From a virus, in IMG/VR virus record IMGVR_UViG_3300046028_005224, positions 1 to 64,000 of that record: a DNA stretch of 64,000 bases, one strand, 5' to 3'. Positions 19,263 to 28,647 of this stretch are shown in pieces. The position numbers were made by a program, and so were the translations under genes. The notes under the pieces were generated by a model, which did no database searches, was not told where the DNA came from, and saw only the letters and a list, made by a program, of their open reading frames with translations. Within the stretch, counting starts at the first letter, position 1, and every line of letters starts with the position of its first letter.

Positions 19263-19438
19263 TTCTTTTCTCCTCTACGTTTGTCCTTTACATCAAAGGA
19301 TAATTCAAAGTAGATGGTTATTTCTTTTCGGAAGAAAGTTACCACCTTTCCAAACTTAATAAAACAACTTTGTGGCTCTGGTGCTTTCCTCCTTTTACGA
19401 CGAAGCATTAACTCAACACCTTTATTTATTGATGTCAT
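19253..19438 (-). CDS. Small basic hypothetical protein
   Basis: INKGVELMLR start; packed between neighbours. Confidence 0.6.
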   Translation of the reverse strand: MTSINKGVELMLRRKRRKAPEPQSCFIKFGKVVTFFRKEITIYFELSFDVKDKRRGEKKWN

Positions 19439-19439
19439 A

Positions 19440-19694
19440 TTATGATTGTATTTTTAAGTGCCCCTCATTAATTAAGTATGCAATAGTGTCAGCACAGCCT
19501 CCAAGTTGTTTTTCATCAAGAAGAATTTGTGGGAAAGTTGAGCCTTCTCCAAATTCTTTATAGAATTGTTCTCGTGTGAAATGTTCGTCTAATTTATAAA
19601 CTACATGCTCTAGATGTGCTTGTTGAAATAAATCAACAATTTTATCGCAATAAGGGCAGCCAGTTTTTGAATACACAGTAAATTTTTGCTTCAT
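19440..19694 (-). CDS. nrdC: Glutaredoxin
   Basis: CPYC active site, TFPQI, LGGC. Confidence 0.92.
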   Translation of the reverse strand: MKQKFTVYSKTGCPYCDKIVDLFQQAHLEHVVYKLDEHFTREQFYKEFGEGSTFPQILLDEKQLGGCADTIAYLINEGHLKIQS

Positions 19695-19704
19695 AAGAAT
19701 CTCC

Positions 19705-20367
19705 TTATTTAAATTTAATCAGATGTTCTCCGTGACAGATGTACCAATCGATTCCTTTACCGTCAGTATCACCACTCATGTCAATATCTTCACCATTATA
19801 TCTAGCACCAGTCACAATGGTAAATGCTTCTGCAATTTGACGAACTCTGATTACCAATTTCTTAGAATCAAATTCTTCGTCATCAGGAAGTTCAAAGGTT
19901 CCTTCGTAACTTCCCTTTTCAATTGAATGATAAAGCATCCAAACCCCACTAGGATAGCAAAGTTCATCAACATACTCACAAATAGCAGAATCTTGTTCAT
20001 CATTTACAGGAGCATTTTCTGCAATTTCTTCTGCAGTATAATATGCAAGATTTTCTACTTCAGTAAGCAAAAGAGGTTCATCATCATCGTCAGCATCAGT
20101 CTTACAAACACCTACATACTGATCGGTATAAGCACCCCAACCCATACATCCATCAGTGATGGTGTCCCACGTAGGAAGATCGGTATCTTCAGAAGACCAC
20201 ATATCAGTTTTTTCTGAAAGAAGTTCTTCATCAAACTCAATACCATCTTCAGTAAAGGTAAAATATTTTTTAACTTGTTCTTCGGTCAGTTCTACTGCAC
20301 CAACCTCTCCAAGATAAGTGCGTTGCCAAGAACGTTCTCCGCCAACCCAGATAGTGTATTCAGTCAT
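19705..20367 (-). CDS. Highly acidic hypothetical protein
   Basis: 220-aa ORF with its own promoter; no recognised motif. Confidence 0.65.
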   Translation of the reverse strand: MTEYTIWVGGERSWQRTYLGEVGAVELTEEQVKKYFTFTEDGIEFDEELLSEKTDMWSSEDTDLPTWDTITDGCMGWGAYTDQYVGVCKTDADDDDEPLLLTEVENLAYYTAEEIAENAPVNDEQDSAICEYVDELCYPSGVWMLYHSIEKGSYEGTFELPDDEEFDSKKLVIRVRQIAEAFTIVTGARYNGEDIDMSGDTDGKGIDWYICHGEHLIKFK

Positions 20368-20374
20368 GTGTAAT

Positions 20375-20419
20375 AAAAAACCACCTAGGTATTCTAGGTG
20401 GTTTAATGTTATTTGTCAA
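20375..20419 (-). terminator. psbA-operon terminator doubling as sigma70 promoter
   Basis: AAACCACCTAG-AATAC-CTAGGTGGTTTTTT; TTGACA-N17-TAGAAT. Confidence 0.75.
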
Positions 20420-20525
20420 GTGGTCGATTAGCTGGCGGTTTATAATCTTTAGATGGTCGATACAAATTAGGAAATGTATCTCGGATTATTTCCGCCAACT
20501 TATACGGCGTATGTGTAGTGATCAC
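20409..20525 (-). CDS. Small protein coupled to psbA (38 aa)
   Basis: GTG overlapping psbA TGA: [38 protein letters not shown]. Confidence 0.55.
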   Translation of the reverse strand: MITTHTPYKLAEIIRDTFPNLYRPSKDYKPPANRPLDK

Positions 20526-21601
20526 CCGATAGCTGGAGCAGTAAGAGCAACGGGAGCAGTCTCAGCAGCAGCAAGATCCAGAGGGAAGTTGTGTGCGTTA
20601 CGCTCGTGCATTACTTCAAAACCGAGGTTAGCACGGTTAAGAATATCTGCCCAAGTGTTGATTACACGACCGTTATTATCAAGCAGCGACTGGTTGAAGT
20701 TGAAACCGTTGAGGTTAAATGCCATGGTGCTAACACCAAGAGCAGCAAACCAAATTCCAACGACGGGCCATGCAGCAAGGAAGAAGTGCAGCGAACGTGA
20801 GTTATTGAACGATGCGTATTGGAAGATCAAACGACCGAAATAACCGTGAGCAGCAACGATGTTATAGGTCTCTTCTTCTTGACCGAACTTGTAACCATAG
20901 TTCTGTGACTCGTTCTCGGTGGTTTCACGCACCAGCGAAGAAGTAACCAGAGAACCGTGCATAGCACTGAACAGAGAACCACCGAAGACACCAGCAACTC
21001 CAAGCATATGGAAGGGGTGCATCAGGATGTTGTGCTCAGCCTGGAACACCAGCATGTAGTTAAAAGTACCAGAGATACCCAAAGGCATCGCGTCAGAGAA
21101 AGAACCTTGACCAAAAGGATACACCAGGAACACCGCAGAAGCAGCAGCAACAGGTGCGCTGTAGGCAACACAGATCCAAGGACGCATACCCAGACGGTAG
21201 GAAAGTTCCCACTCACGACCCATATAAGCATAGATGCCGATGAGGAAGTGGAAGACTACCAGTTGGAAAGGCCCACCATTGTAAAGCCATTCATCAAGAG
21301 ATGCAGCTTCCCAGATGGGGTAGAAGTGTAGACCAATGGCGTTACTTGAAGGAACTACAGCGCCAGAGATGATGTTGTTACCATACATGAGTGAACCAGC
21401 AACGGGTTCACGGATACCATCGATGTCCACAGGAGGAGCAGCGATGAAAGCGACGATAAAACAAATTGTTGCGGCGAGCAACGTAGGAATCATCAGAACG
21501 CCGAACCAACCCACATAGAGGCGGTTGTCGGTGCTGGTGACCCACTGACAGAATTGTTCCCAAGTATTTGATTGTCGTTGTTGTGCAATTGAAGCAGTCA
21601 T
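20522..21601 (-). CDS. psbA: Photosystem II D1 protein
   Basis: Full-length 359-aa D1 (NRLYVGWFG...[13 protein letters not shown]), uninterrupted. Confidence 0.99.
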   Translation of the reverse strand: MTASIAQQRQSNTWEQFCQWVTSTDNRLYVGWFGVLMIPTLLAATICFIVAFIAAPPVDIDGIREPVAGSLMYGNNIISGAVVPSSNAIGLHFYPIWEAASLDEWLYNGGPFQLVVFHFLIGIYAYMGREWELSYRLGMRPWICVAYSAPVAAASAVFLVYPFGQGSFSDAMPLGISGTFNYMLVFQAEHNILMHPFHMLGVAGVFGGSLFSAMHGSLVTSSLVRETTENESQNYGYKFGQEEETYNIVAAHGYFGRLIFQYASFNNSRSLHFFLAAWPVVGIWFAALGVSTMAFNLNGFNFNQSLLDNNGRVINTWADILNRANLGFEVMHERNAHNFPLDLAAAETAPVALTAPAIG

Positions 21602-21614
21602 TTTTGTTAAAAGA

Positions 21615-21720
21615 GTAGTAAGACCATCAGGGAAATGGTGGAGTTACTATGCTCCCGCCACCCTCAGGCGGGATATGAGAGACGTAATTTAGACACCCAT
21701 AGGTCTCGGTTAACGGGTGT
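21615..21720 (-). ncRNA. PhotoRC-II-like cis-regulatory RNA in psbA 5' UTR
   Basis: ACCGAGACCTATGGGTGT...CGTCTCTCATATCCCGCCTGAGGGTGGCGGGA...ACCATTTCCCTGATGGTCTTACT hairpins; matches recalled cyanophage psbA leader motif. Confidence 0.7.
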
Positions 21721-21762
21721 TACAAACATTAAAGAACCGTTACATTCCTTAACGTATTGATC

Positions 21763-21796
21763 TATTTAGTATAGCAGCGATCCATTTTCTTGTCAA
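21763..21796 (-). promoter_or_regulatory. psbA promoter (sigma70 plus overlapping late-like CTAAATA)
   Basis: TTGACA-N17-TATACT followed by AAATA. Confidence 0.7.
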
Positions 21797-21843
21797 GGGG
21801 GTCTGTAGAATAAATATCTTTAGCCTCTATTGGTTTAGAAAAA

Positions 21844-22290
21844 ATGAAAAGATTAGCCCTTATCTTTTCGCTATTCTTAGTTACTCCCGTAAGTGCCGCT
21901 GAAATCACATCAAAAATCACTGACTCTGTACAGCTTAAGGTTGACGCTGCCGCTTCACAAGCTCTTCGTGTTGGAGCACAATACTCAGTTTCTGGGACAA
22001 ATATTCAATCATCTACATTTGGTGGTGTAGGTGGTGCTGGAACATATTCAATCAACACTGCTGGTCAGGCATTCACATTCTCGGAAAGTTTAATTGATGC
22101 GGATACTACACCTGCATCTATATCAACTGGAGCAATTGCACCTTATGGAAATATTACCTCTACTGCTGCTGGTGTTGCTGGAAGCCTTGCTGGTACTCTC
22201 TCTGGCACATCAGTTCCCACTGTAACTGCTGGCGGTGCTGGTACAACAGCGACAGGTCAAAGATCTATTGAGTTAAGCGTATTCAAATGA
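21844..22290 (+). CDS. Secreted Gly/Ala/Thr-rich protein
   Basis: Signal peptide MKRLALIFSLFLVTPVSA; YSVSGTNI and GQAFTFSES motifs. Confidence 0.75.
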   Translation: MKRLALIFSLFLVTPVSAAEITSKITDSVQLKVDAAASQALRVGAQYSVSGTNIQSSTFGGVGGAGTYSINTAGQAFTFSESLIDADTTPASISTGAIAPYGNITSTAAGVAGSLAGTLSGTSVPTVTAGGAGTTATGQRSIELSVFK

Positions 22291-22652
22291 GACACATAAC
22301 TCCCGTTCTGCTTTTAGCAGCGGGAGTCATTTGTACTCCTGCATATGCTGAAAGTGTTGTGCCTAATTTTACCAGAGGCACGATTACTGCAACCACAGAA
22401 ACAACCACAAAGATAGTAGAAGCAATTCGTCAGATTGAATATACAACTGGCACATCATACACTGTGACTGGAACTAATATTAACATTCCTGGCAATCCTG
22501 CGCCAGGATCAAGTTACACAATTATGAATCAAGGTGCTCCATTCCAGTTCAGTGAAACCCATCTCGGTCCTGGAGTGGCTAAAGAAACATGGATAGATCG
22601 CACCACCGAACAAAAATCTACCACAAACTCTATATCTGTCTTTACGCAATAG
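22287..22652 (+). CDS. Secreted protein, paralogous motifs to upstream gene
   Basis: Signal peptide; VVPNFTRG, YTVTGTNI, GAPFQFSET. Confidence 0.75.
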   Translation: MRHITPVLLLAAGVICTPAYAESVVPNFTRGTITATTETTTKIVEAIRQIEYTTGTSYTVTGTNINIPGNPAPGSSYTIMNQGAPFQFSETHLGPGVAKETWIDRTTEQKSTTNSISVFTQ

Positions 22653-23182
22653 GTCTTTATGTATCGCCTGTGCTGGCTCAAACAGCTCCTAGTAATACTA
22701 ATATCGCTGGGCCTTCTGCTAGTGCTACTGGAAACGTTACAAACCAAGCAGTCCAAGTCCTCCAAGGGCCGTATGCTGTTAATACCTACGGAGCAGGGAT
22801 TAGTTGTCAAGGGCCAACTTTAAGCGTTTCCCCATTTGTTTTGGGAAATATGAATGGTGGCAATGATCCTTCAACGTATCAAACTCACAGTGGAAATGGT
22901 GGAGTAAGTATGGGCTTCAATTTCCCCCTTGATGGTGGTTTGACAGAACTATGCAAAGCAAGGGCAAGAGTTGAAATCACTAGACAACAAGCGGAAGCAG
23001 ACAAAGCAAGATTAGATTTTGAATTAGTAAGATTATTAAAGTGTGGGGAAGCAATTAAGTCGGGTATATATTTTCACCCAGAAAGTCCTTATGCAAAAAT
23101 ATGTTCTGATGTTGTAGTAAAGTATCCTAAAGTGCAGGACGTGGTAAATGGAAATAAAACCAATAAGATCAGCAAAAATTGA
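22589..23182 (+). CDS. Secreted/outer-membrane protein with C-terminal Cys-containing helix
   Basis: NVTNQAVQVLQG...GISCQGPTL...GVSMGFNFPLDG..C...RLDFELVRLLKC. Confidence 0.7.
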   Translation: MDRSHHRTKIYHKLYICLYAIGLYVSPVLAQTAPSNTNIAGPSASATGNVTNQAVQVLQGPYAVNTYGAGISCQGPTLSVSPFVLGNMNGGNDPSTYQTHSGNGGVSMGFNFPLDGGLTELCKARARVEITRQQAEADKARLDFELVRLLKCGEAIKSGIYFHPESPYAKICSDVVVKYPKVQDVVNGNKTNKISKN

Positions 23183-23822
23183 TCCCCCATCAATTATACC
23201 AACTATTGATGTTCCAATAACTCAAGAAGCTCCTCGTCCTATTATAAGAGGATTGGCTGTTCCTGTAATTAATATGCCTAATGGATCTATCAAATATCCA
23301 GTTATAGATGTTCCTACACAAGAAGAGTTTGATGCTGCGGTAAGAGCAGAGCAAAAAGCACAAGAAGAAGAAAAACAAGAAAAGACCAGAGGACTGCCTG
23401 ATACAACCCCTACTCCTCAACTGCCTCCAGTTGTTCAAACCCCCCAGGATAATCGGGTTATTTCCGATGATGCCCCCAAAACTAACCTAGGAGTACCTGT
23501 CATTGAAGTACCAATCGTCGGGGAAGTTCCCATTCCACCTAAAGAGCAAGTTATTCTTGCTGGGACTACTGCTACTGCTTCTGTTGCTGCGGCTCTTGTT
23601 GGGAAATCTTTGGTGGAATGGATGGTAGGTAAAATGAAACCTATCGTTCAGCAGATATTTGTAAGGGGTAAGAAACTCTTGAACAGAGACCTTACCCCAT
23701 ATGAACTTCAAATATATTTTACTTTTGAGAAGAGTCAGTCTCTTAAGAAAGTCAATAAATTACTGAAGAAAGAACAGAAGAATCAAAAGAAAGAACAATA
23801 TAAGAAGTTTCACTCAAAGTGA
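23148..23822 (+). CDS. Pro-rich membrane-anchored protein
   Basis: Pro-rich N-terminus, AGTTATASVAAALVG hydrophobic segment, basic tail. Confidence 0.7.
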   Translation: MEIKPIRSAKIDPPSIIPTIDVPITQEAPRPIIRGLAVPVINMPNGSIKYPVIDVPTQEEFDAAVRAEQKAQEEEKQEKTRGLPDTTPTPQLPPVVQTPQDNRVISDDAPKTNLGVPVIEVPIVGEVPIPPKEQVILAGTTATASVAAALVGKSLVEWMVGKMKPIVQQIFVRGKKLLNRDLTPYELQIYFTFEKSQSLKKVNKLLKKEQKNQKKEQYKKFHSK

Positions 23823-24236
23823 TTACTTCTTACGCTTCGCATCCAGTTCAGCAAAGTTCTTAACCTTTGTTCCACCATCATAAGTCCAAGCATAACCCTC
23901 AGCAATCATCTGGTTATTCAATGAAGTCTCTTCACCATTGATAAACAGATGACCGATGATACGACCATACTTCTCTGTAGAGTCTGGAAGTTCGGTCTTG
24001 ATAAGAATATCCTTTGCGTTCTCACAACGCTTCTTCAACCATTCTTTTGATTCAAGTCCGTATTTCTTTTCGTTCGCATTTGTTGTACGTGACTCAGGAG
24101 TATCAACCCCAGCGAGGCGAATCCGTTTAGTAAGAGAAATATCGAACCCCAAATCAATATCAGCGTCAATAGTGTCTCCATCGACTACCTTATGGATTTC
24201 TCTGATACGATATATGTATGGATCTTGGTTTGACAT
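23823..24236 (-). CDS. Thermonuclease (SNase-like) nuclease
   Basis: VVDGDTID...RIRLAGVDTPE...KYGRIIG. Confidence 0.85.
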   Translation of the reverse strand: MSNQDPYIYRIREIHKVVDGDTIDADIDLGFDISLTKRIRLAGVDTPESRTTNANEKKYGLESKEWLKKRCENAKDILIKTELPDSTEKYGRIIGHLFINGEETSLNNQMIAEGYAWTYDGGTKVKNFAELDAKRKK

Positions 24237-24448
24237 CAGAAAGGAAACTTAATACTCCCAGTATTTAGTTTAGGGATAGGTAGTTTCTCAAATGCTTTGT
24301 TGACCTGCTTCTCTACAACAGCACCAACAAATTCTTCTGGATTGTCCAGAATCTTCTGTGCTTTTTGATAAGTTACATAAGCACCATAACAAAGTGCTCC
24401 ACTAATCGCCAGACTTGTCGCTGACAGAATGAGTGCTAGGTTCTTCAT
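24236..24448 (-). CDS. Small membrane protein
   Basis: N-terminal hydrophobic helix. Confidence 0.65.
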   Translation of the reverse strand: MKNLALILSATSLAISGALCYGAYVTYQKAQKILDNPEEFVGAVVEKQVNKAFEKLPIPKLNTGSIKFPF

Positions 24449-24554
24449 CTTTCATCTCCTCAAATGCTAACTTTAATATGTAGTAAATGATGTATGCTAC
24501 AAAAGTAAGTCCGCAGCTAAGTATAATTAATACTCCCCACGGAAACTCAGACAT
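24402..24554 (-). CDS. Small membrane protein (50 aa)
   Basis: Manual: MSEFPWGVLIILSCGLTFVAYIIYYILKLAFEEMKDEEP...*; ATG overlaps upstream stop. Confidence 0.55.
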   Translation of the reverse strand: MSEFPWGVLIILSCGLTFVAYIIYYILKLAFEEMKDEEPSTHSVSDKSGD

Positions 24555-25300
24555 TAATATTTACCTTCTACACAATAATTTGACTTTTTGTTTGGTGTAT
24601 ATTCTTTATAACCTTCTTGTGGTTTCATCCATCCACAACCAATTAACCATTCCATTGTCATAGGTGTTGGACGAATCTGTTCCCACAAAGGAGCTTTAAC
24701 ACACATTTCTAAATGCCTTGCAGTTTGACCAGACTGTTCTTCTGCCCAATTAGCATCTGCTTCCCAAGGCACGGCACGACTCTGACCCATAGATTCATAA
24801 GATAGTTTAGTCATCTTCATGACCCAAGCAGGAATCTCTGAGTCCTGATGAACTTGTGCCATAAAGGAAGTTTTTAATCCACCTCCCATACAGTCTTGTA
24901 CAACATGCCACCCTTCATGCCGTAAAGTTCCCAGAAACTCTCTAGGATCTTTTAGAAGTTCTTCGTTGATAAAGAACCGATTATAATCTGGCTTATAAAG
25001 CCCAACTGTTCTTGGAGTAAAATACCTACTAGGAGCAACGTAAACAGGAACGTTTAATTTATTGAGTGTTACTAAAATAGATTTAATTTCAGTTCTAAAG
25101 TTATCAAATTCTTTACCAGATAAAAACGTAGAGTCTGGAGTAAGTTGTTCTACTCCATTTGTACATTCTCTAAGTATCATACAGCCCATTGCAGCAAGAC
25201 TATATGCTGGAACTGTTGGCTGTTTTTTTTCTAAAGAACTAGCAACAGCTGGAAATGTTAAAGTTAATGATAAACCAAATGCTGTAAGGAGTTTTTTCAT
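24554..25300 (-). CDS. Secreted HExxH metallopeptidase-like protein
   Basis: Signal peptide; LRHEGWHVVQDC plus downstream WEADA. Confidence 0.65.
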   Translation of the reverse strand: MKKLLTAFGLSLTLTFPAVASSLEKKQPTVPAYSLAAMGCMILRECTNGVEQLTPDSTFLSGKEFDNFRTEIKSILVTLNKLNVPVYVAPSRYFTPRTVGLYKPDYNRFFINEELLKDPREFLGTLRHEGWHVVQDCMGGGLKTSFMAQVHQDSEIPAWVMKMTKLSYESMGQSRAVPWEADANWAEEQSGQTARHLEMCVKAPLWEQIRPTPMTMEWLIGCGWMKPQEGYKEYTPNKKSNYCVEGKY

Positions 25301-25491
25301 CCTCGCCCCTCTTGTTGATGTATCCAAACCTTCAAATTTTTTACATATTTTCTTAATATTTCTGCTTGTGATAAATGCCAGCTGTCTTCAGTTTTGACAT
25401 AGTTCTTGATGTGTTCATCAACAGCATCAAGACACTTCTTAATTACAGGATTCCAAGGCTCCCGAATAGGAGTATTCCATTCTCTTGGCAT
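25297..25491 (-). CDS. Hypothetical protein
   Basis: MPREWNTPIREPWN; operon-packed. Confidence 0.7.
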   Translation of the reverse strand: MPREWNTPIREPWNPVIKKCLDAVDEHIKNYVKTEDSWHLSQAEILRKYVKNLKVWIHQQEGRG

Positions 25492-25497
25492 AATACC

Positions 25498-25605
25498 TCA
25501 TTTTTTCTTGCCACCGTTTTTTGCTTTATTCGCAGTTGCATTTCCTTGGTTCTGTTTTTTATTATTTGCAGAACCTTTTTTTCCTTTGTTAGATGACTTA
25601 GCCAT
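25498..25605 (-). CDS. Small Lys/Asn-rich peptide (35 aa)
   Basis: Manual: MAKSSNKGKKGSANNKKQNQGNATANKAKNGGKKK*; ATG overlaps upstream TGA. Confidence 0.55.
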   Translation of the reverse strand: MAKSSNKGKKGSANNKKQNQGNATANKAKNGGKKK

Positions 25606-25937
25606 CAAGCTCCTGTGCGTGGTTGAACTTGTCCTTCTTCCAATGCTTCAACTCTTTCTTCAAGAGATGGTGCTACTGCTTCAGGAGCAGGTGGTTCGGG
25701 AGGAGCTTCTACAACTTCTTCTCTACGTGGCTCTTCTTTTTTCTCTTCATCTTCCCCACCTTTCTTCATTGTATTAATACCAAAAGTGGCGGCAGATGCT
25801 GTGAAGACCGTAGCAATAAAGGTAGGATCCATTTTAGATAACATACCAGCATAACTAGCGGTCAGAAGAGCGGCAGACCAACTCAAAATCGCAATACGAA
25901 TCACTTGTCCCATAGCTTTTTCCTTTGTGTTTCCCAT
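25605..25937 (-). CDS. Two-TM membrane protein (holin candidate)
   Basis: Two hydrophobic segments (ILSWSAALLTASY; MDPTFIATVFTASAATFGI) and charged tail; downstream of endolysins. Confidence 0.5.
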   Translation of the reverse strand: MGNTKEKAMGQVIRIAILSWSAALLTASYAGMLSKMDPTFIATVFTASAATFGINTMKKGGEDEEKKEEPRREEVVEAPPEPPAPEAVAPSLEERVEALEEGQVQPRTGA

Positions 25938-25972
25938 CAGTCTGTGTGATGAAGTCTCACTTATTTAGGTTT

Positions 25973-27838
25973 TTAAAACCTAAATTTGACTTTACCAGCA
26001 ATAGAATTGTTGGTAACTCCATTGTTCACACCATGAGATGCTTCAACAATTAACATCTCTTTATAATCTACTTCTGCAGCAATCCCATAAGAGTTATCAG
26101 TACCATAAGCACCTTCTACACTGACTCCAAACAGATCCTTCTTCTTACCACCAAAACGAGTTTCCAGTTTGAGACCTGCTTCACCAACATGTGTAGTCTG
26201 ATTAAACTCATCGACACTTCTAGCAGATTCTGAAGAACCAGTTTCGGTGTATGCGTTTCTCTTTACATTCTGAACAGTATATCCAACAAATGGTTTTACT
26301 GCCTTATGAAGATGCCAGTATAAACGATTAGAAACCCACCACTCAGAACCAGTTGTTTCACCAGCATTATTAAAGACACCTTCTACATTTCTGTTATACT
26401 TATAGTTGCTGTTCGCAATCGCAGCATTAGTATTCAGAGTCAGTGTGTTTCCTCTGAGTTCACTGAATACACCGAAGTGATCTTTGTTCTGTTGTGTACT
26501 TGAGTCAACACCATTGAGGTTTACGTTAACTCTATTGTACTGTCCACCAAGAGTCCAACCTTTGGTCACATCAAACTCAAATCCACCACCAAAGATCTTG
26601 GAATCAGCAGAATATCCGTCAGCATTATAGGACTGAACAAATCTGTTGTTCTCAAATACTCTTAATCTTTGCTTACCTGCAGTTGGCTCATGGTTGAGAA
26701 GTCCATTGATACCATCATTGATTCCATCAAGAACTTCTAGTTGATCTACACGACCAAAGTAATCTCTGTAAGTGTTAGCAACTTCAACAGTTGCAGCACC
26801 AAATGTAACTTGAGTAGCAGCACCGTTGGTGAATACTCTTGTATACACAGGAGTAGTTGTGGTTGTGGTAGTTGTATGTGCATTAATTTTCTGTCTTCCA
26901 CCACTTTCAGATGCAGTGTGATTTACTGCAGAAACAGGAACAACACTAAAAGTTCTAGTTCTTACCCAATCAGATACAGTTGCTTGAGTTATAACAGAAG
27001 TTCCAGCATTATCATCAGTTGTTACTGTAGTTACAACTGGAGTTCCATTTGTTGTGGTGGTAGAACCATCACTCATTGTTGTAACAGTTGTTGGAGTGGT
27101 GGTTGTAACAGTTGTGGTTGTAGGAATCGTAATGACTTCTGTGTCGGTATAATGGGTTTCAGTTTGATTTCCATTCGCATCAGTTCCCATCACATGTCTG
27201 TGAGGATTATTTGTTACCGTTCTGGTTCCAGTAGTTGTGCTAGTTGTAACAATATTCGCACCAGCAGCAGTTGATACAACTGTTGGTGCTGGTGGAGGTG
27301 TTCCACCAGTTTCGTAAATATCAAGAATACCATTCAGGTTAGCGTCACCAGAAAGAAGACCCGCAGAAAGAGTTACAGTTCCAGTACGAATAACTTGTGA
27401 TGATGGATCCCAATCCATCGTTGGTTGTGCGATTGGGTTATAAGTAAACTGATAATCTCCCGCAGCAAGTCCCGTGAATGTTACACCCTGCCAGGTATAA
27501 CTATCCATTCCATATAATCTGGCAGGATCCCCATAAGGAATAAGATTAGTTCCATCAGACTGGAAATAGTTTGTACCAGAAATTAGTCCGTCTGGTGTTG
27601 TATTTTGGAGAAGTGTCCAGTTGACGGTTGTTGGTGTAAATGCAGTTCCATTGACACCCTGTAAAGTCATAGAACCTTCTGTAAAGGTAGTTCCAGCGTG
27701 CCAAGAACCATACCAGAATGTTACTGTTCCGCCGCTAGCACCAACATAACCGATAGAGTTGGTGTGAGATAATGCTGCTGTTGGCACTCCAAGAAGAAGC
27801 GCAGACGCTGCAGCAAGCGTCCTCGTAGCGTAAGACAT
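25973..27838 (-). CDS. Autotransporter-like outer-membrane protein with Thr-rich passenger
   Basis: Signal peptide, Thr-rich middle, amphipathic beta-strand C-terminus ending KVKFRF. Confidence 0.7.
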   Translation of the reverse strand: MSYATRTLAAASALLLGVPTAALSHTNSIGYVGASGGTVTFWYGSWHAGTTFTEGSMTLQGVNGTAFTPTTVNWTLLQNTTPDGLISGTNYFQSDGTNLIPYGDPARLYGMDSYTWQGVTFTGLAAGDYQFTYNPIAQPTMDWDPSSQVIRTGTVTLSAGLLSGDANLNGILDIYETGGTPPPAPTVVSTAAGANIVTTSTTTGTRTVTNNPHRHVMGTDANGNQTETHYTDTEVITIPTTTTVTTTTPTTVTTMSDGSTTTTNGTPVVTTVTTDDNAGTSVITQATVSDWVRTRTFSVVPVSAVNHTASESGGRQKINAHTTTTTTTTPVYTRVFTNGAATQVTFGAATVEVANTYRDYFGRVDQLEVLDGINDGINGLLNHEPTAGKQRLRVFENNRFVQSYNADGYSADSKIFGGGFEFDVTKGWTLGGQYNRVNVNLNGVDSSTQQNKDHFGVFSELRGNTLTLNTNAAIANSNYKYNRNVEGVFNNAGETTGSEWWVSNRLYWHLHKAVKPFVGYTVQNVKRNAYTETGSSESARSVDEFNQTTHVGEAGLKLETRFGGKKKDLFGVSVEGAYGTDNSYGIAAEVDYKEMLIVEASHGVNNGVTNNSIAGKVKFRF

Positions 27839-27843
27839 ATAAA

Positions 27844-27926
27844 AGTCCTCTATGACTTAGTGTGTACTAAACGAAACAGACCGAAGTGTGTTTAAAAGTA
27901 AAGTATTCACCAAGTCCTAGAGGACT
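27844..27926 (-). promoter_or_regulatory. RBS-sequestering hairpin in leader of autotransporter gene
   Basis: AGTCCTCTAGGACTTGGTG pairs with CACTAAGTCATAGAGGACT (contains AGAGGA SD). Confidence 0.65.
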
Positions 27927-27981
27927 CGGACTATGTAGATTCAGATCAGAAGATCAAGAATCAGTAATGATTGTATTTTAT

Positions 27982-28647
27982 TTATCCCTTCTTCCAGGCT
28001 TCACCTTCTGCCTTTCTTCTACGTGCCAAACCTGCTTCTACATTTGAACCAGGATTGCGATAGAGGAATAGAGCATCGGGAACTAAGTCCCACTCTTTAT
28101 TCTTCAGGCGTTTAGTAATAGTATTAAAGTTAGCGCCACCGTAGAAACCAGCACCGAGATTATAAGCAAAGCTGAGAAGAGCCCCTCTTTTTCCATCTGA
28201 CATTTCACTCCAATGTGGGATTTTGCGTAATGCTGGAAGAAATTCCTTCTTGCATTGTTCAATCAAAAGTTCATCTGCTTCCTGTTGTGTAAGTGTATCG
28301 CCAAGTTTGAATGCTGAGCCATCCTTTTTGCGAGTTGAACCCCAACCAATAGTAATTGGGAGACCTCCAGAAAGAGGATCAGGATATGCTTTTAGATGAC
28401 ATCCTTCAAACTCTTTAATTAACTTAATGCCCATTTGTGGAACATCATCACCACCTGTTACTGGAGCTGCGGCAGCAGGGGCTGGCGCAGCACTAGTCTT
28501 TTTTCCTCTGTAGATCTCCGCCCAATCAACGTTGTCCTCAAGGAACTTGACTGGAAGATTATCTTCTAACCACTGAACTGCTTTGACATGGTTAGGATTC
28601 TTCTCCTCATAAAATTTGAAGAAGTTGTGAAGGTCGATTCTTGCCAT
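27982..28647 (-). CDS. Endolysin, GH24 lysozyme
   Basis: IKEFEG...AYPDP...TIGWGST...ALLSFAYNLG...GLARRRKAE. Confidence 0.92.
   Translation of the reverse strand: MARIDLHNFFKFYEEKNPNHVKAVQWLEDNLPVKFLEDNVDWAEIYRGKKTSAAPAPAAAAPVTGGDDVPQMGIKLIKEFEGCHLKAYPDPLSGGLPITIGWGSTRKKDGSAFKLGDTLTQQEADELLIEQCKKEFLPALRKIPHWSEMSDGKRGALLSFAYNLGAGFYGGANFNTITKRLKNKEWDLVPDALFLYRNPGSNVEAGLARRRKAEGEAWKKG

Noticed and set aside
20406-21518. Several plus-strand ORFs antisense to psbA (similar ones over the porin, nrdA and autotransporter genes)
   Set aside because: Shadow ORFs arising from codon bias of real genes
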